This document shows positions 47,694 through 57,574 of a DNA stretch of 64,000 nt, one piece after another. A program made the translations under genes and the position numbers. Positions within the stretch are counted from its first letter, which is position 1, and every line of letters begins with the position of its first letter. This DNA comes from Promethearchaeota archaeon (GTDB lineage: Archaea > Asgardarchaeota > Lokiarchaeia > Sigyniarchaeales > SOKP01): assembly GCA_019058445.1 (NCBI GenBank), contig JAHPZA010000006.1, positions 896,001 through 960,000 of the forward strand. The letters run 5' to 3'. The notes below the pieces were generated by a model. The model did no database searches and was not told the origin of the DNA. It was given only the letters and a program-made list of their open reading frames with translations.

Positions 47694-49217
47694 TTAGGTT
47701 TTTTCTTTTAAATATTTCATAGCCAATTTACTTGCGGCCTCTGCACTTCTTGCAACTGATGGTAACCCTCCAGCTCCAGTTGTCCATTGTCCACATAGAA
47801 ATAAATTTTCAATTGGCGTTTTTTGACTTAATGGATTAGTAAATTGTTCAACTGACATCTGCCATCCCATAATTGAACCTCTAGGATTATTTGAATATTG
47901 TCCAAATGTAATTGGAGTAGCTAGATCCATAACAGATATATGTGATTTTAAATCTGGTATTTTCAATATTTTAGAGATTGTCTCTATTAACTGCTCTGCG
48001 ATTTTATTTTTAAGTAATGTATATTTCTCATTATTTCTATTTTCTGGATCATATATCTTTTGAAATGGTTCAGGTGTTGCATAACTTAGTACTGAGATCA
48101 GACTTTTTCCTTCAGGACAACAAGTAGGATCAATATTACTATAGATTGTTATTGAACCAATTGGAATTCCTGAATAGTCCGCTTTATAAAGATCCTCCTT
48201 TAAATCATCAGAATTACGATCTCTGTATAGTGGAGTCCATATCATATAATCTTTTATTCCATAATCTTTAAGATCAATTTTTAAACCAAGATAGAGATTA
48301 ATAGCAGATAGAGAAGGTTCACGTTTTTTTATTTTTTCTGCATACATAGAAGGAAGATCTCCTATCGATGATAAATTATTGATTAATAGTGTTGGATTAC
48401 TGTTTGCGATTACTACATGAGAGTAATAATTTTTCTTGATTTTTTCCGTATCCTTGGTTATAACTCCAGAAATTAATTTTCCTTCAAATATTAGTTTATT
48501 TACTTCTGTTCCGTACTTTAGAATTCCTCCATTTTTTATGAAAATATCCGCTAAAGCCTTTGAAAAAGCACCAGCACTTCCTTTTATGTAATATGCGCCT
48601 TGAGAAAAATGAAATGTTGAAAATGCTATCGAAAAAACAGCACTTAGGTCATCTGGAGGCCATCCAAAAAAACCTAAAGGTGCTAGTATAACATTTTTTA
48701 TAATAGGATTTGAAAAATGGGGATTAATTATTTCAGAGATTTTTTTTTTAGATAACCTTTTAATAACAGTAGGATCAAAAATATTACAATATAAATCAAA
48801 ATAACTCTTTATATCTGCTTCTTCTTTTGGAAAAATTTCCACTAATGTTTCGATATATTCAGGGAGTGAAGTTGATGCATAAAAATCAATATAATTCTGT
48901 TGATCTATCCAATGGTATAATTCATTTAATTTTATGAATTCTACACAATTTTCACTTTTAAATTTCCTTAAAATATTATAAACAATCCCTCCCTCTTCGC
49001 AACCACCAGTCCAATGAAGACTCACATCGAAATTAAAACCATTACGTTTAAAGCTCGTGTAATATCCACCGGGATAATCATTTTTTTCAATGATTAATAC
49101 ATTATTCCCTTTTTTTTGTAAGATATTACCTGATATGAGCCCTCCTAACCCTGATCCAATAATTATTACATCATATATTGAATTAGAGTTATTGTCAAAT
49201 GATTGATTTTCACTCAT
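47694..49217 (-). CDS. Phytoene desaturase-family FAD oxidoreductase
   Basis: IIIGSGLGGL, EK...PGG...F.R.GF.FD, ATPIT and NLFLCGQWT motifs. Confidence 0.85.
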   Translation of the reverse strand: MSENQSFDNNSNSIYDVIIIGSGLGGLISGNILQKKGNNVLIIEKNDYPGGYYTSFKRNGFNFDVSLHWTGGCEEGGIVYNILRKFKSENCVEFIKLNELYHWIDQQNYIDFYASTSLPEYIETLVEIFPKEEADIKSYFDLYCNIFDPTVIKRLSKKKISEIINPHFSNPIIKNVILAPLGFFGWPPDDLSAVFSIAFSTFHFSQGAYYIKGSAGAFSKALADIFIKNGGILKYGTEVNKLIFEGKLISGVITKDTEKIKKNYYSHVVIANSNPTLLINNLSSIGDLPSMYAEKIKKREPSLSAINLYLGLKIDLKDYGIKDYMIWTPLYRDRNSDDLKEDLYKADYSGIPIGSITIYSNIDPTCCPEGKSLISVLSYATPEPFQKIYDPENRNNEKYTLLKNKIAEQLIETISKILKIPDLKSHISVMDLATPITFGQYSNNPRGSIMGWQMSVEQFTNPLSQKTPIENLFLCGQWTTGAGGLPSVARSAEAASKLAMKYLKEKT

Positions 49218-49366
49218 AGGTTTTTGAATTCTAAACTCGATATAAAGCTTTACGAGAGAAATAAACTGATCTTAGGTTGAGATAAATCATATGCAGACTT
49301 ATTATGAAAAGCTTTTAATTTAGTTTACTTATAATTTTAGCAACAAAATTACTATAATAATGATAT

Positions 49367-49939
49367 TTGATGAATGTTATAGGGATTTCAGGAACTCCAA
49401 GATTGGGAGGGAATAGTGAAATTTTATTACGGTATGCTTTGAAACCTTTTGAGGATAAGGAGTGGAATATAAAAATCTTCCTCTTAAGTGAATTGACTAT
49501 TAAACCTTGTAGAGCATGTGATAATTGTAGGAAAAATGCCATTTGTGTGATTGATGATGATATGAATTCAATTTATAACGCTTTTAAATGGTGCGACGCA
49601 ATAATTGTCTCAAGCCCTGTGTATTATAGAAATATATCTTCTCAATTACTTGCTGTGCTTGATAGGCATTATGCCGTTGATATTGAAAGACCGCTCGAAG
49701 GAAAAGTTGGAGGTGCAATAGCTATAGGAAGGGGTACAGGTAGAGGTCAAGCAATTACAATAAACGCTATTTATAATTGGATGTTATCACGTGGTATTAT
49801 TTGTGTTCCTGGAGAATTAAATGGAGTTACTGCTGTTGCAGATAAACCTGGTGATATTTTAACTCAAATTAAGAGGTTAAAACAATCAGAAATTTTGGGA
49901 AGAAATGTTTTAAGTATTGCGCAGAAACTGTTTCAATAA
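49367..49939 (+). CDS. Flavodoxin family / iron-sulfur flavoprotein
   Basis: GTPRLGGNS, CRACDNC...C and SPVYY motifs. Confidence 0.88.
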   Translation: MMNVIGISGTPRLGGNSEILLRYALKPFEDKEWNIKIFLLSELTIKPCRACDNCRKNAICVIDDDMNSIYNAFKWCDAIIVSSPVYYRNISSQLLAVLDRHYAVDIERPLEGKVGGAIAIGRGTGRGQAITINAIYNWMLSRGIICVPGELNGVTAVADKPGDILTQIKRLKQSEILGRNVLSIAQKLFQ

Positions 49940-50011
49940 ATATGATTTTTTCATAAGAAGTATAGCAATTATATTAAATAAGATTAGTTAAGAAAATTAG
50001 CCAATAAAAAA

Positions 50012-50824
50012 TTAAGCATTTTGTTCTTGCCTATAGACCGGCGTAATTTTAGAAGTAAATTCTTCAAGAGTATAAGGGAATTCATCCTCACTTGAAATTT
50101 TTCCTAATTCAATTAAAATCTGCCTTGCTAAAAGCCAAAAAGCGACACCTAAAGCCTTTTTTCCCCTATTATTCGCAGGAATAGCAAGATCTATCCCTGC
50201 AAGAACGTCGTCTGTATCAAATAAAGAGACTACAGGTATTCGAGCTAATTGGGCCTCTCTAAGAATAACTTTGTCGGCATGAGGATCAACAATAACAACA
50301 CAAGCAACGTCTTTCTGGTATGTATCAATTATAGGATTTGTAAGACTACCAGGAATAAATCGTTCGATAATTGCTTTACAGCCAAGAGCTTCGCAAAATT
50401 TCAAAACAGGTTCTTTGCCATAACGTCGAACAGATGCAACAATTACTCGATCACTTCCCTCTTCAACATATTTGCTCAGAAATTTGGCTGCTATCTTTAT
50501 TCGTTCATCGGTTTGTGTAAGATCTATTACATATAATCCATAATTGGTCTGTCGATAGATAAAACGTCTGGCATCACCAGATAAGAGTTTAGTTCCTATA
50601 TGAATCCCACAACTCAAATAGAGCTGCTTTTGTTCTTCATCTTTATCTATTATTTTTTCTTTTTCCTCTATCTCTGTTTTAAAATCCTCAGTATCAAGTA
50701 AATCAAGTTCCTCTTCTAAGTCTAAATCTTCTTCGAAGTCTACTTCGAAATCAATATCGACTAAGTCTTTGTCCTCGATTTCCACGTTATCTGTTTCTTC
50801 AGTCTTTTTCTTCTTTTTAGCCAA
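50012..50824 (-). CDS. rps2: 30S ribosomal protein S2 (uS2), archaeal type, with acidic N-terminal extension
   Basis: GIHIGT, RFIPGSLTNP, DPHAD, DTD and IPANNRGKKAL...WLLAR motifs. Confidence 0.95.
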   Translation of the reverse strand: MAKKKKKTEETDNVEIEDKDLVDIDFEVDFEEDLDLEEELDLLDTEDFKTEIEEKEKIIDKDEEQKQLYLSCGIHIGTKLLSGDARRFIYRQTNYGLYVIDLTQTDERIKIAAKFLSKYVEEGSDRVIVASVRRYGKEPVLKFCEALGCKAIIERFIPGSLTNPIIDTYQKDVACVVIVDPHADKVILREAQLARIPVVSLFDTDDVLAGIDLAIPANNRGKKALGVAFWLLARQILIELGKISSEDEFPYTLEEFTSKITPVYRQEQNA

Positions 50825-51109
50825 TCTACTTCATTCCATAATAATTCTTATATGAATAAATTAAGAAATTTAGCATAATTTTAATATTTTATTAAAACGA
50901 CTTTCTATCCATTCTTTTACCCTTTTATTGTCAAGCATAATGTAAGCTTTTCATGAATTTTTCAGTCCTCGCAATAATACAAAGATACAAAGGAAGATTT
51001 ATTGACTAATAGATAAATAATAAGTATAGTTAAAATGTATTAAAAAAAAAGAAAGAGGTTAGTTATTAAATATGAAATAAAAAATACTTTAGCTATATTA
51101 TTCAGATTA

Positions 51110-51418
51110 TTAAGCAGTAGGTTTTATTCCAAAGAAGTAGTACATAAAAGAGAATGTCATTGCAACCATTACTACTATAAACATAAGTATTATTACCGCA
51201 TAATCGTATTTTGTTACATTTTGTTGTCTACCCAATCTTGCATTCATATACCACACAATTGGTGCAATAAACGATAAAACAAAAACAACCATCACAGTAC
51301 CAAACATATCGCTATGGTTTTCGAGAATAAGATATATTACAGCAACTCCAAATCCTAATACGGCTCCTAACTTAATAATTACATCAAAAATTGTCCTTTG
51401 AGTATCAGATAAAGCCAT
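51110..51418 (-). CDS. Small 3-TM membrane protein
   Basis: Three hydrophobic helices; ATG 51418 (track GTG 51427). Confidence 0.7.
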   Translation of the reverse strand: MALSDTQRTIFDVIIKLGAVLGFGVAVIYLILENHSDMFGTVMVVFVLSFIAPIVWYMNARLGRQQNVTKYDYAVIILMFIVVMVAMTFSFMYYFFGIKPTA

Positions 51419-51581
51419 ACTTTTCACCCTATTTTTTTTGAATAATATATTAAAATATTCATTTTCCGATATTTATACTTTTTTGTTAAAACGGTATTAA
51501 AATTAAGTATTTTATTAACTGAACTTGAGTATTATATCATTAAATTTAAAAAATCTTAATCAATCCCGCGTTAAAATTTAA

Positions 51582-51695
51582 ATGGTGGAGGAAAGGAATC
51601 AAGCTAAAGTTGTCGGATCGAAAGCTTATTTTAGATCTTTAATAGTTATCCTTATTTTTGTAGCGATTTTAGACAAATTAATAGAAATTTTATAG
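51582..51695 (+). CDS. Candidate 37-aa single-TM microprotein (not in ORF track)
   Basis: MVEERNQAKVVGSKAYFRSLIVILIFVAILDKLIEIL; GC-richer than its flanks, one hydrophobic helix. Confidence 0.35.
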   Translation: MVEERNQAKVVGSKAYFRSLIVILIFVAILDKLIEIL

Positions 51696-51805
51696 AAATT
51701 TTTAATAGATTGCATACTAAAATTATTTATAAAAACTTTTTAATTAATAAATTAAAAAGAGATATTTTTAACGAAATATTTATTCTAATATCGAATGGTG
51801 GTTTT

Positions 51806-52294
51806 GTGGCAAATGTTAGGTTTATAGTGTCTGTGGTTGTAGGTATTTCTCTGAGTTTTATCTCCGTTGCTCTATTTACGAAATGGGAGAGTCTATATCA
51901 ACTTGAAAGTATTTTTGAATCAAGTTTTTTAAGAGGGTTGGCAATGCTCTTAGGGACTAATTTTAGTTTTAATATTATTGCCTTTTTAACCAAGGGAGAA
52001 TGGGCTATTACTTACTTTTTAGCACCAGCGTTATTAGCTTGGATTTTTGTAGGGTATATAGTAGGTACAATTCAGAAAGGGGCAAGAAATGGTGTTATTT
52101 CAGGATTGTTAGCATGGGTAATTGTACTTCTTATATGGATACTTATCTCGATTATAGCAGGGGAAGATTTAATGGCATTTTTTCAAGGAAACCAGTTATT
52201 TATGACCTTAGGAGGAATTGGAGGCTCCGCTCTTGGAGTCTCTTTAAGTAGTGCGGCAGGAGGATATATATCCGGACCAGCAGAAGAGTATTAA
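51806..52294 (+). CDS. Gly-rich 4-TM membrane protein
   Basis: Hydrophobic helices with GxxxG patterns. GTG 51806 preferred over the AT-rich extension from TTG 51710. Confidence 0.72.
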   Translation: MANVRFIVSVVVGISLSFISVALFTKWESLYQLESIFESSFLRGLAMLLGTNFSFNIIAFLTKGEWAITYFLAPALLAWIFVGYIVGTIQKGARNGVISGLLAWVIVLLIWILISIIAGEDLMAFFQGNQLFMTLGGIGGSALGVSLSSAAGGYISGPAEEY

Positions 52295-52522
52295 GGTTTA
52301 CAGAAAAGACATTTTTTAATTTCTTTATTTTTTATTACTCTAAAAACGAAGAACAGAATCTTTCTAAAAAATACAATATTATAGATCAACAGTGTTCCCT
52401 TTCTTCAAAAAATTAAATATTAATAAATTAATAAAACAAGGAGCGAACTATAAAATAAATAATTGAATTTTACATTTTTTAATAGCTAAAACTTAAACTT
52501 AATACTTAATTTATAGATTATA

Positions 52523-53074
52523 ATGGTAAAGGTAAAGGAAGAAGACCTAGCCTTAATTTTACCGGATCGGGAGTTTGCCTTAGATTTATTAAGAAGATTA
52601 AAGGTTCCGTATTCTGTTCGGCGTCATTCTATTAAAGTTGCAGAAAAAGCTATAGAAATAGCAAATAAAATTAAAAAAGCAAAGGTAAATATAAATTTAG
52701 TTGAGGTTGGTGCTTTATTGCATGATATTGGGAGATCAAAGACTCATGGATTTAAACATGCCTTAATTGGAGGGAAGATTCTTAGGGCAAGAGGCTTTCC
52801 ACAGGAGTTAGCAAGGATCTGTGAAACTCATATTTTAGGGGGGTTGGATGAAGAGGACGCCCAATCAGTTGACCTTCCCGTTAAAAATTACCTTCCCTTA
52901 ACTTTGGAAGAAAAAATTATATGCTTAGCTGATAAACTTTTAGCGGGAAGACGACCAGTTAGTTTAAAAAATAGGTTTGAAATTTGGTTCAATAAGTATG
53001 GGAAAACCAAAATTTTGATTAAAGCGAATAAAAGAGTTGAAGAAATTCAAAAAGAAATAGAAAGTTTAATGTAA
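52523..53074 (+). CDS. HDIG/HD-domain metal-dependent phosphohydrolase
   Basis: RHS, GALLHDIGR, H...G..IL, ETH and EEKIICLAD motifs. Confidence 0.88.
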   Translation: MVKVKEEDLALILPDREFALDLLRRLKVPYSVRRHSIKVAEKAIEIANKIKKAKVNINLVEVGALLHDIGRSKTHGFKHALIGGKILRARGFPQELARICETHILGGLDEEDAQSVDLPVKNYLPLTLEEKIICLADKLLAGRRPVSLKNRFEIWFNKYGKTKILIKANKRVEEIQKEIESLM

Positions 53075-53079
53075 AGAAA

Positions 53080-53580
53080 TTATCCTTTCAGTGTTTTCTT
53101 TAATTGATTTAAAATTCCACCTTCTTCTAGAATTTTTGTTAAGAAATTCGGTAGCTTTTCAAATTCGATTTTTACTCCCTTAGTTTTGTTAGTTATGACC
53201 CCTTCATTAAGGGAGATTTCTAAGTTATCGCCTTTTGAAAAAATACTCTCATTCCAAGATACAATAATTCCTGGGATACCTAGATTTATTAAGTTCCTAA
53301 AATAGATTCTGGCAAATGATTTGGCGATAATTGCCTTTATTCCAAGGACTTTAAAGACATATACCGCTTCTTCGCGAGAACTGCCAGTTCCAAAATTATC
53401 ACCAGCAATGATGATATTTCCTTGGGCACTATTTTTTGCGAAAGTTGGATCTATAAATTCTAAAGTACATTTCGCCATCTCATCTACATCCCTCATTGTT
53501 AGAGTATGACTTGGGACGATATCATCAGTATTAATATCATCCCCTAAAATATAAGCAAATCCATCAATTTTTTCTATCAA
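53080..53580 (-). CDS. leuD: 3-isopropylmalate dehydratase/homoaconitase small subunit
   Basis: GDDINTDDI, NFGTGSSRE and SFARIYFRNLINLG motifs. Confidence 0.85.
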   Translation of the reverse strand: MIEKIDGFAYILGDDINTDDIVPSHTLTMRDVDEMAKCTLEFIDPTFAKNSAQGNIIIAGDNFGTGSSREEAVYVFKVLGIKAIIAKSFARIYFRNLINLGIPGIIVSWNESIFSKGDNLEISLNEGVITNKTKGVKIEFEKLPNFLTKILEEGGILNQLKKTLKG

Positions 53581-54846
53581 TTATAACACCTCCCTTGGAT
53601 CGGCTATTCTACCTTTAAGAGCTGATGCTGCTACTACCGCGGGTGAGGCCAAATACACTTCCGAAGTTGGATCACCCATTCTTCCTTTAAAATTACGGTT
53701 AGTACTACTGATGCAAACTTCTTCACTGCCTAAAACTCCCAGATGCCCTCCTATACAAGGACCACATGTACAATTTCCCACAACCGCTCCTGCACTCAAG
53801 AAAATCTCCATAAGTCCTTCTCGGAGAGCTTCCATATATATTTCTTTTGATGCAGGAATAATTATTAGTCTTGTATTGGGATCTATATTATTTCCTTTAA
53901 GAATTTTAGCCGCTATACGTAGATCCTCCATCCTTCCATTAGTACAGCTTCCTAAAAACGCTTGATCTATTTCAATTCCTTCAACTTCTTCAATTCCAGC
54001 TATATTTCCCGGATTAGATGGTTTCGCAACTACGGGGGTAATTTCAGACAGATTATATTCTAGGGTATTCTCATAGTTGGCATCATTATCAGGAGTTACT
54101 AACTTATAAGGTTCTTTTGTGCGATTCACTAACCATGTTTCCAATTTATTATCTGGTTGGAATATCCCAAATTTAGCACCAGCTTCAACAACCATATTTG
54201 AAATAGTCATTCTCCCATCGATTGAAAGATTTTTAGCCCCTTGCCCGTGAAATTCTAAAGATTTGTAAATGGCTCCTTTTGTGGAAATATTTCCTATTAA
54301 AGTTAATATAAAATCCTTTGACATCACACCTTTATTAAATTTTCCAGACATAATTATTTGAAATGATTCAGGAACTCTAAACCAGAGTTTCCCAGTGGCA
54401 AAAACTACAGAAACATCTGTAGCGCCAATACCCGTTGCTAAACAATTAAATGCGCCATATGTAGTAGTATGGCTATCAGAGCCAACAATTAACATCCCTG
54501 GTCGAGAAAAACCCATTTCAGGTAATACCTGATGACAAATCCCTTTATCCAGTTGATATCCAAAATTATGAATGAATTTATATTTTTCAGCAAACTTTCT
54601 ACAATCTTGATGCATTTGAGCTGCAGAGATTGTAGGGGCGGGAACCCAATGATCTAGTATAAAAAATATTTTATTTGGGTCCCATACATAATCAATTTCA
54701 AGTTTTTCATACTCCTTGTGAATCCTTCCGCCTAATTGTTCATGAACCATTATTAAATCTATATTGCAATCGATAAACTGTCCAGGTGAAATACTTTTAA
54801 GGTTAGAGTGATTGATTAAAATTTTTTCAGCAATAGTATATCCCAT
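53581..54846 (-). CDS. leuC: 3-isopropylmalate dehydratase/homoaconitase large subunit
   Basis: DH, GICHQ, DSHTTTYGA, GSCTNGR, CGPCIG and STNRNFKGRMG. ATG 54846 (track GTG 54858). Confidence 0.87.
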   Translation of the reverse strand: MGYTIAEKILINHSNLKSISPGQFIDCNIDLIMVHEQLGGRIHKEYEKLEIDYVWDPNKIFFILDHWVPAPTISAAQMHQDCRKFAEKYKFIHNFGYQLDKGICHQVLPEMGFSRPGMLIVGSDSHTTTYGAFNCLATGIGATDVSVVFATGKLWFRVPESFQIIMSGKFNKGVMSKDFILTLIGNISTKGAIYKSLEFHGQGAKNLSIDGRMTISNMVVEAGAKFGIFQPDNKLETWLVNRTKEPYKLVTPDNDANYENTLEYNLSEITPVVAKPSNPGNIAGIEEVEGIEIDQAFLGSCTNGRMEDLRIAAKILKGNNIDPNTRLIIIPASKEIYMEALREGLMEIFLSAGAVVGNCTCGPCIGGHLGVLGSEEVCISSTNRNFKGRMGDPTSEVYLASPAVVAASALKGRIADPREVL

Positions 54847-54878
54847 AGTAATTTTCACAGCTTTATTTTTTATTTAAA

Positions 54879-56168
54879 TTAAATTTTATAATCATTATCA
54901 ATCATTATAATTACTTTTTTTGCAATTTTACATGCCTCAAATAATATCTGAGGATCTACCTTATCATATGTATCATCTTTGGTATGTGTATATCTCGCTG
55001 AAGCTTTTGTAACGATATCAATAGCTTCATATCCTCTTATATGGAAAGGTACACTGTCAGTATGCGCCCCTGTTGTTAGATGAAATCCTGAAATGTTTAT
55101 ATTTTCTTCACTTGCAGCTTTTTCCAAATAAGTGCTTAAAACCGGAGCGATTGGTTTTCGAGGATATACTCCATAAGATTTCATATATTCTACTCTATTT
55201 CTCTTATGTCCTGCCAAAGATACCATATCAAAATTTAGTTGATACACTTTATCTTTCATAAAAAGACTATCATGGTTATTAACAAATATTCTGGAGCCCA
55301 TTGTTCCTAACTCTTCGGCTGAAAATTGACAAAACCAGAGATTAAAATTCTTCAATTTGTGATCTTTGAAATATGAACTTAATTCAAAAACAATAGCCAT
55401 TCCAGAGGCATTATCCAGAGCTCCGAGTGATTTATTATGAGTAGTAAGAAACATTAACATAATATTTGAGGAAGAAACTAAAGCTGTTAGGATCCAGAGT
55501 GAAATGTTCAATAATAGATATATAGTTTCAATATGTGAAATTTGCTCTAAAACAAAAGGAAAAAACATTCTTAATATTTGAAAAATGACAAATGTTATAT
55601 ACACTATACCTAATAATACCCCTCCGTTCAACCAAATCCTATAAGCTAATATCCTCCAAAGGGTTTTAAAAGTTTGTGATTTAGAGTCAATATGGGCTGA
55701 GACTAATATATTTCCAGCTTGTTTTTCAGGAAGAGATTGAGCAGGAATTTTAACAAATACGTTGGTAGCGTTAAGTGTTGAGCCATAGTATTTTCCCCAA
55801 AATCCAGGGATCTCGGGATGTTTTAAACCTCTTAATATTAAAGCAACCAATAAGGACATACCGCCAATTAAACCAAAAGCAATAAAAGGATTTATATAGG
55901 TAAATAACACGAGAATTAGCATAAAGGTTAAGCTAATAACCATAATTAAATTAATGAGGGTTGTAGAGTAAAAATCAGAGAATTCAAAAGGTTCACTTTT
56001 AATTTGACTATCATTAAATCCAATTTCTTTAAAAACATGTATTGTATCCTCTACTGCCTTCTGTTCCCCCTCAGTTCCAGCTAACCTGGGAAAGCTAAAT
56101 CTTTTTACGTAATTATACAATCGTACTTTATCAAAAATTTCCAAGTTAGGGGAAGTTTTTTTTGCCAC
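54879..56168 (-). CDS. Membrane-embedded M28 family metallopeptidase (third paralog)
   Basis: FPRLAGTEGE, HIDSK, GALDNASG, SAEE, NFD and HTKDDT motifs. Confidence 0.85.
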   Translation of the reverse strand: MAKKTSPNLEIFDKVRLYNYVKRFSFPRLAGTEGEQKAVEDTIHVFKEIGFNDSQIKSEPFEFSDFYSTTLINLIMVISLTFMLILVLFTYINPFIAFGLIGGMSLLVALILRGLKHPEIPGFWGKYYGSTLNATNVFVKIPAQSLPEKQAGNILVSAHIDSKSQTFKTLWRILAYRIWLNGGVLLGIVYITFVIFQILRMFFPFVLEQISHIETIYLLLNISLWILTALVSSSNIMLMFLTTHNKSLGALDNASGMAIVFELSSYFKDHKLKNFNLWFCQFSAEELGTMGSRIFVNNHDSLFMKDKVYQLNFDMVSLAGHKRNRVEYMKSYGVYPRKPIAPVLSTYLEKAASEENINISGFHLTTGAHTDSVPFHIRGYEAIDIVTKASARYTHTKDDTYDKVDPQILFEACKIAKKVIIMIDNDYKI

Positions 56169-56239
56169 TTTGACTCTAAAATTAATTAATTTATCTGTAA
56201 TCTTTCTATAAATTTAGTTTAATTCTACAAATTAATTTT

Positions 56240-56839
56240 TTATTCTAATATTTTATCAGTTACTATTTTTTGAATTTTTTCTTGAACTATTTCTATGATT
56301 TCATCCGAATTAACTACATAATAACCTTTTTGTTCTGCTCTTTTAAGGTATAGTTCCCTTACCTTATCTAAAAACGTTGTATCTTCAAATTTTTCAAGAT
56401 TTTCTTGAGTTTTTCTCGCGAGTGAAACTTTAGGATTTATATCCAAAATTATTGTCAGATCTGGTTCAACAGCAAATTTATTTATTTCTTTTACCCATTC
56501 GATTGATATTTCATCAGATTGAACTGATTGATATACTATAGAACTCTCAATATAACGATCTGAAATAATAATAAAACCCTCATCTAATTTGCTCTTGATT
56601 TCGTTATAATAATGTAGACTTCTATCTGCTGCAAATAAAAGGGCATCAGTACAAGGGGGAATTTTTTTATCTTTTAGAAATTTTCTTAATAGCACCCCTA
56701 TCTCACTGTTTGAGGGTTCTTGAGTTAAATGGATGGATAACCCTTCACCTTCTAAATATCCAGCAAGTAAACTACTATGGGTGGTTGTACCTGCTCCATC
56801 AATCCCATCGATTACAATAAAAAATGATTTATTCTTCAA
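56240..56839 (-). CDS. tmk: Thymidylate (dTMP) kinase
   Basis: IDGIDGAGTTT P-loop, TQEP, LLFAADR, SDRY..SS..YQ and PDLTIILD motifs. Confidence 0.93.
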   Translation of the reverse strand: MKNKSFFIVIDGIDGAGTTTHSSLLAGYLEGEGLSIHLTQEPSNSEIGVLLRKFLKDKKIPPCTDALLFAADRSLHYYNEIKSKLDEGFIIISDRYIESSIVYQSVQSDEISIEWVKEINKFAVEPDLTIILDINPKVSLARKTQENLEKFEDTTFLDKVRELYLKRAEQKGYYVVNSDEIIEIVQEKIQKIVTDKILE

Positions 56840-57052
56840 GCCAATTCAAAATTAATAGTTTTATAATGATAAAAAATTTAATGAAAATACGTTCTCTTTT
56901 AAGATATATTACGTTTTATTTTAAATAAAGATGCTTTAACTTGTTATTAAGGGGGTAGATCTCTTAAAGAATAAAATTATAAAATAAACTTGTTTTTATT
57001 ATCATAATATTTACATGATTTTATTCAGATATAGAAAAAAGGTTAATTAATT

Positions 57053-57433
57053 ATGTCATCATCAACCCCAATAGGGTATTGTGAGCACTGTAAACAAAAT
57101 GTACTACTCACCCGGCAAGAAATTGATACTTGGTTAGCTATTATCCTTTTGATATTCACCGCAGGATTAGGTCTGATCATCTATCTAATTATTTATTATA
57201 GGAGACCAAGAAACCGATGTATTCATTGCGGAACTGAAGTACATTCTTTTTTAGAAAACCAAACACTACCTCCAAAACAAGTATCATATCAACAGCAGGA
57301 AAAAAAGAAAGTTTTACCAGTTGAGATAGTAAAGGGAGAGCAAGCCAACTATTGCCCTTTATGTGGTGCCAATTTGGATGAAAAAAACCAAAATTTTTGT
57401 CCTAGTTGTGGAAGCAAAATTTTAGATCTTTAA
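57053..57433 (+). CDS. LITAF-like membrane zinc-ribbon protein with C-terminal zinc ribbon
   Basis: CEHC - hydrophobic segment - CIHC, then CPLC...CPSC. Confidence 0.78.
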   Translation: MSSSTPIGYCEHCKQNVLLTRQEIDTWLAIILLIFTAGLGLIIYLIIYYRRPRNRCIHCGTEVHSFLENQTLPPKQVSYQQQEKKKVLPVEIVKGEQANYCPLCGANLDEKNQNFCPSCGSKILDL

Positions 57434-57454
57434 AAAGTTTTTTATCCCTTTAGT

Positions 57455-57574
57455 TCAAATAGACAAAGATCGGACTCTAAATTATTCTAATATTACTGTT
57501 TCTAATTTTAAATTAATGATGATATTAGAAAAGAATAAGAAAATTTGGAGGTAAAATAATGTCAATGATGTATT
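57455..57574 (+). repeat. Direct repeat copy 1 (promoter, RBS and first 5 codons)
   Basis: Matches 58847-58966 at 117/120 nt. Confidence 0.95.
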
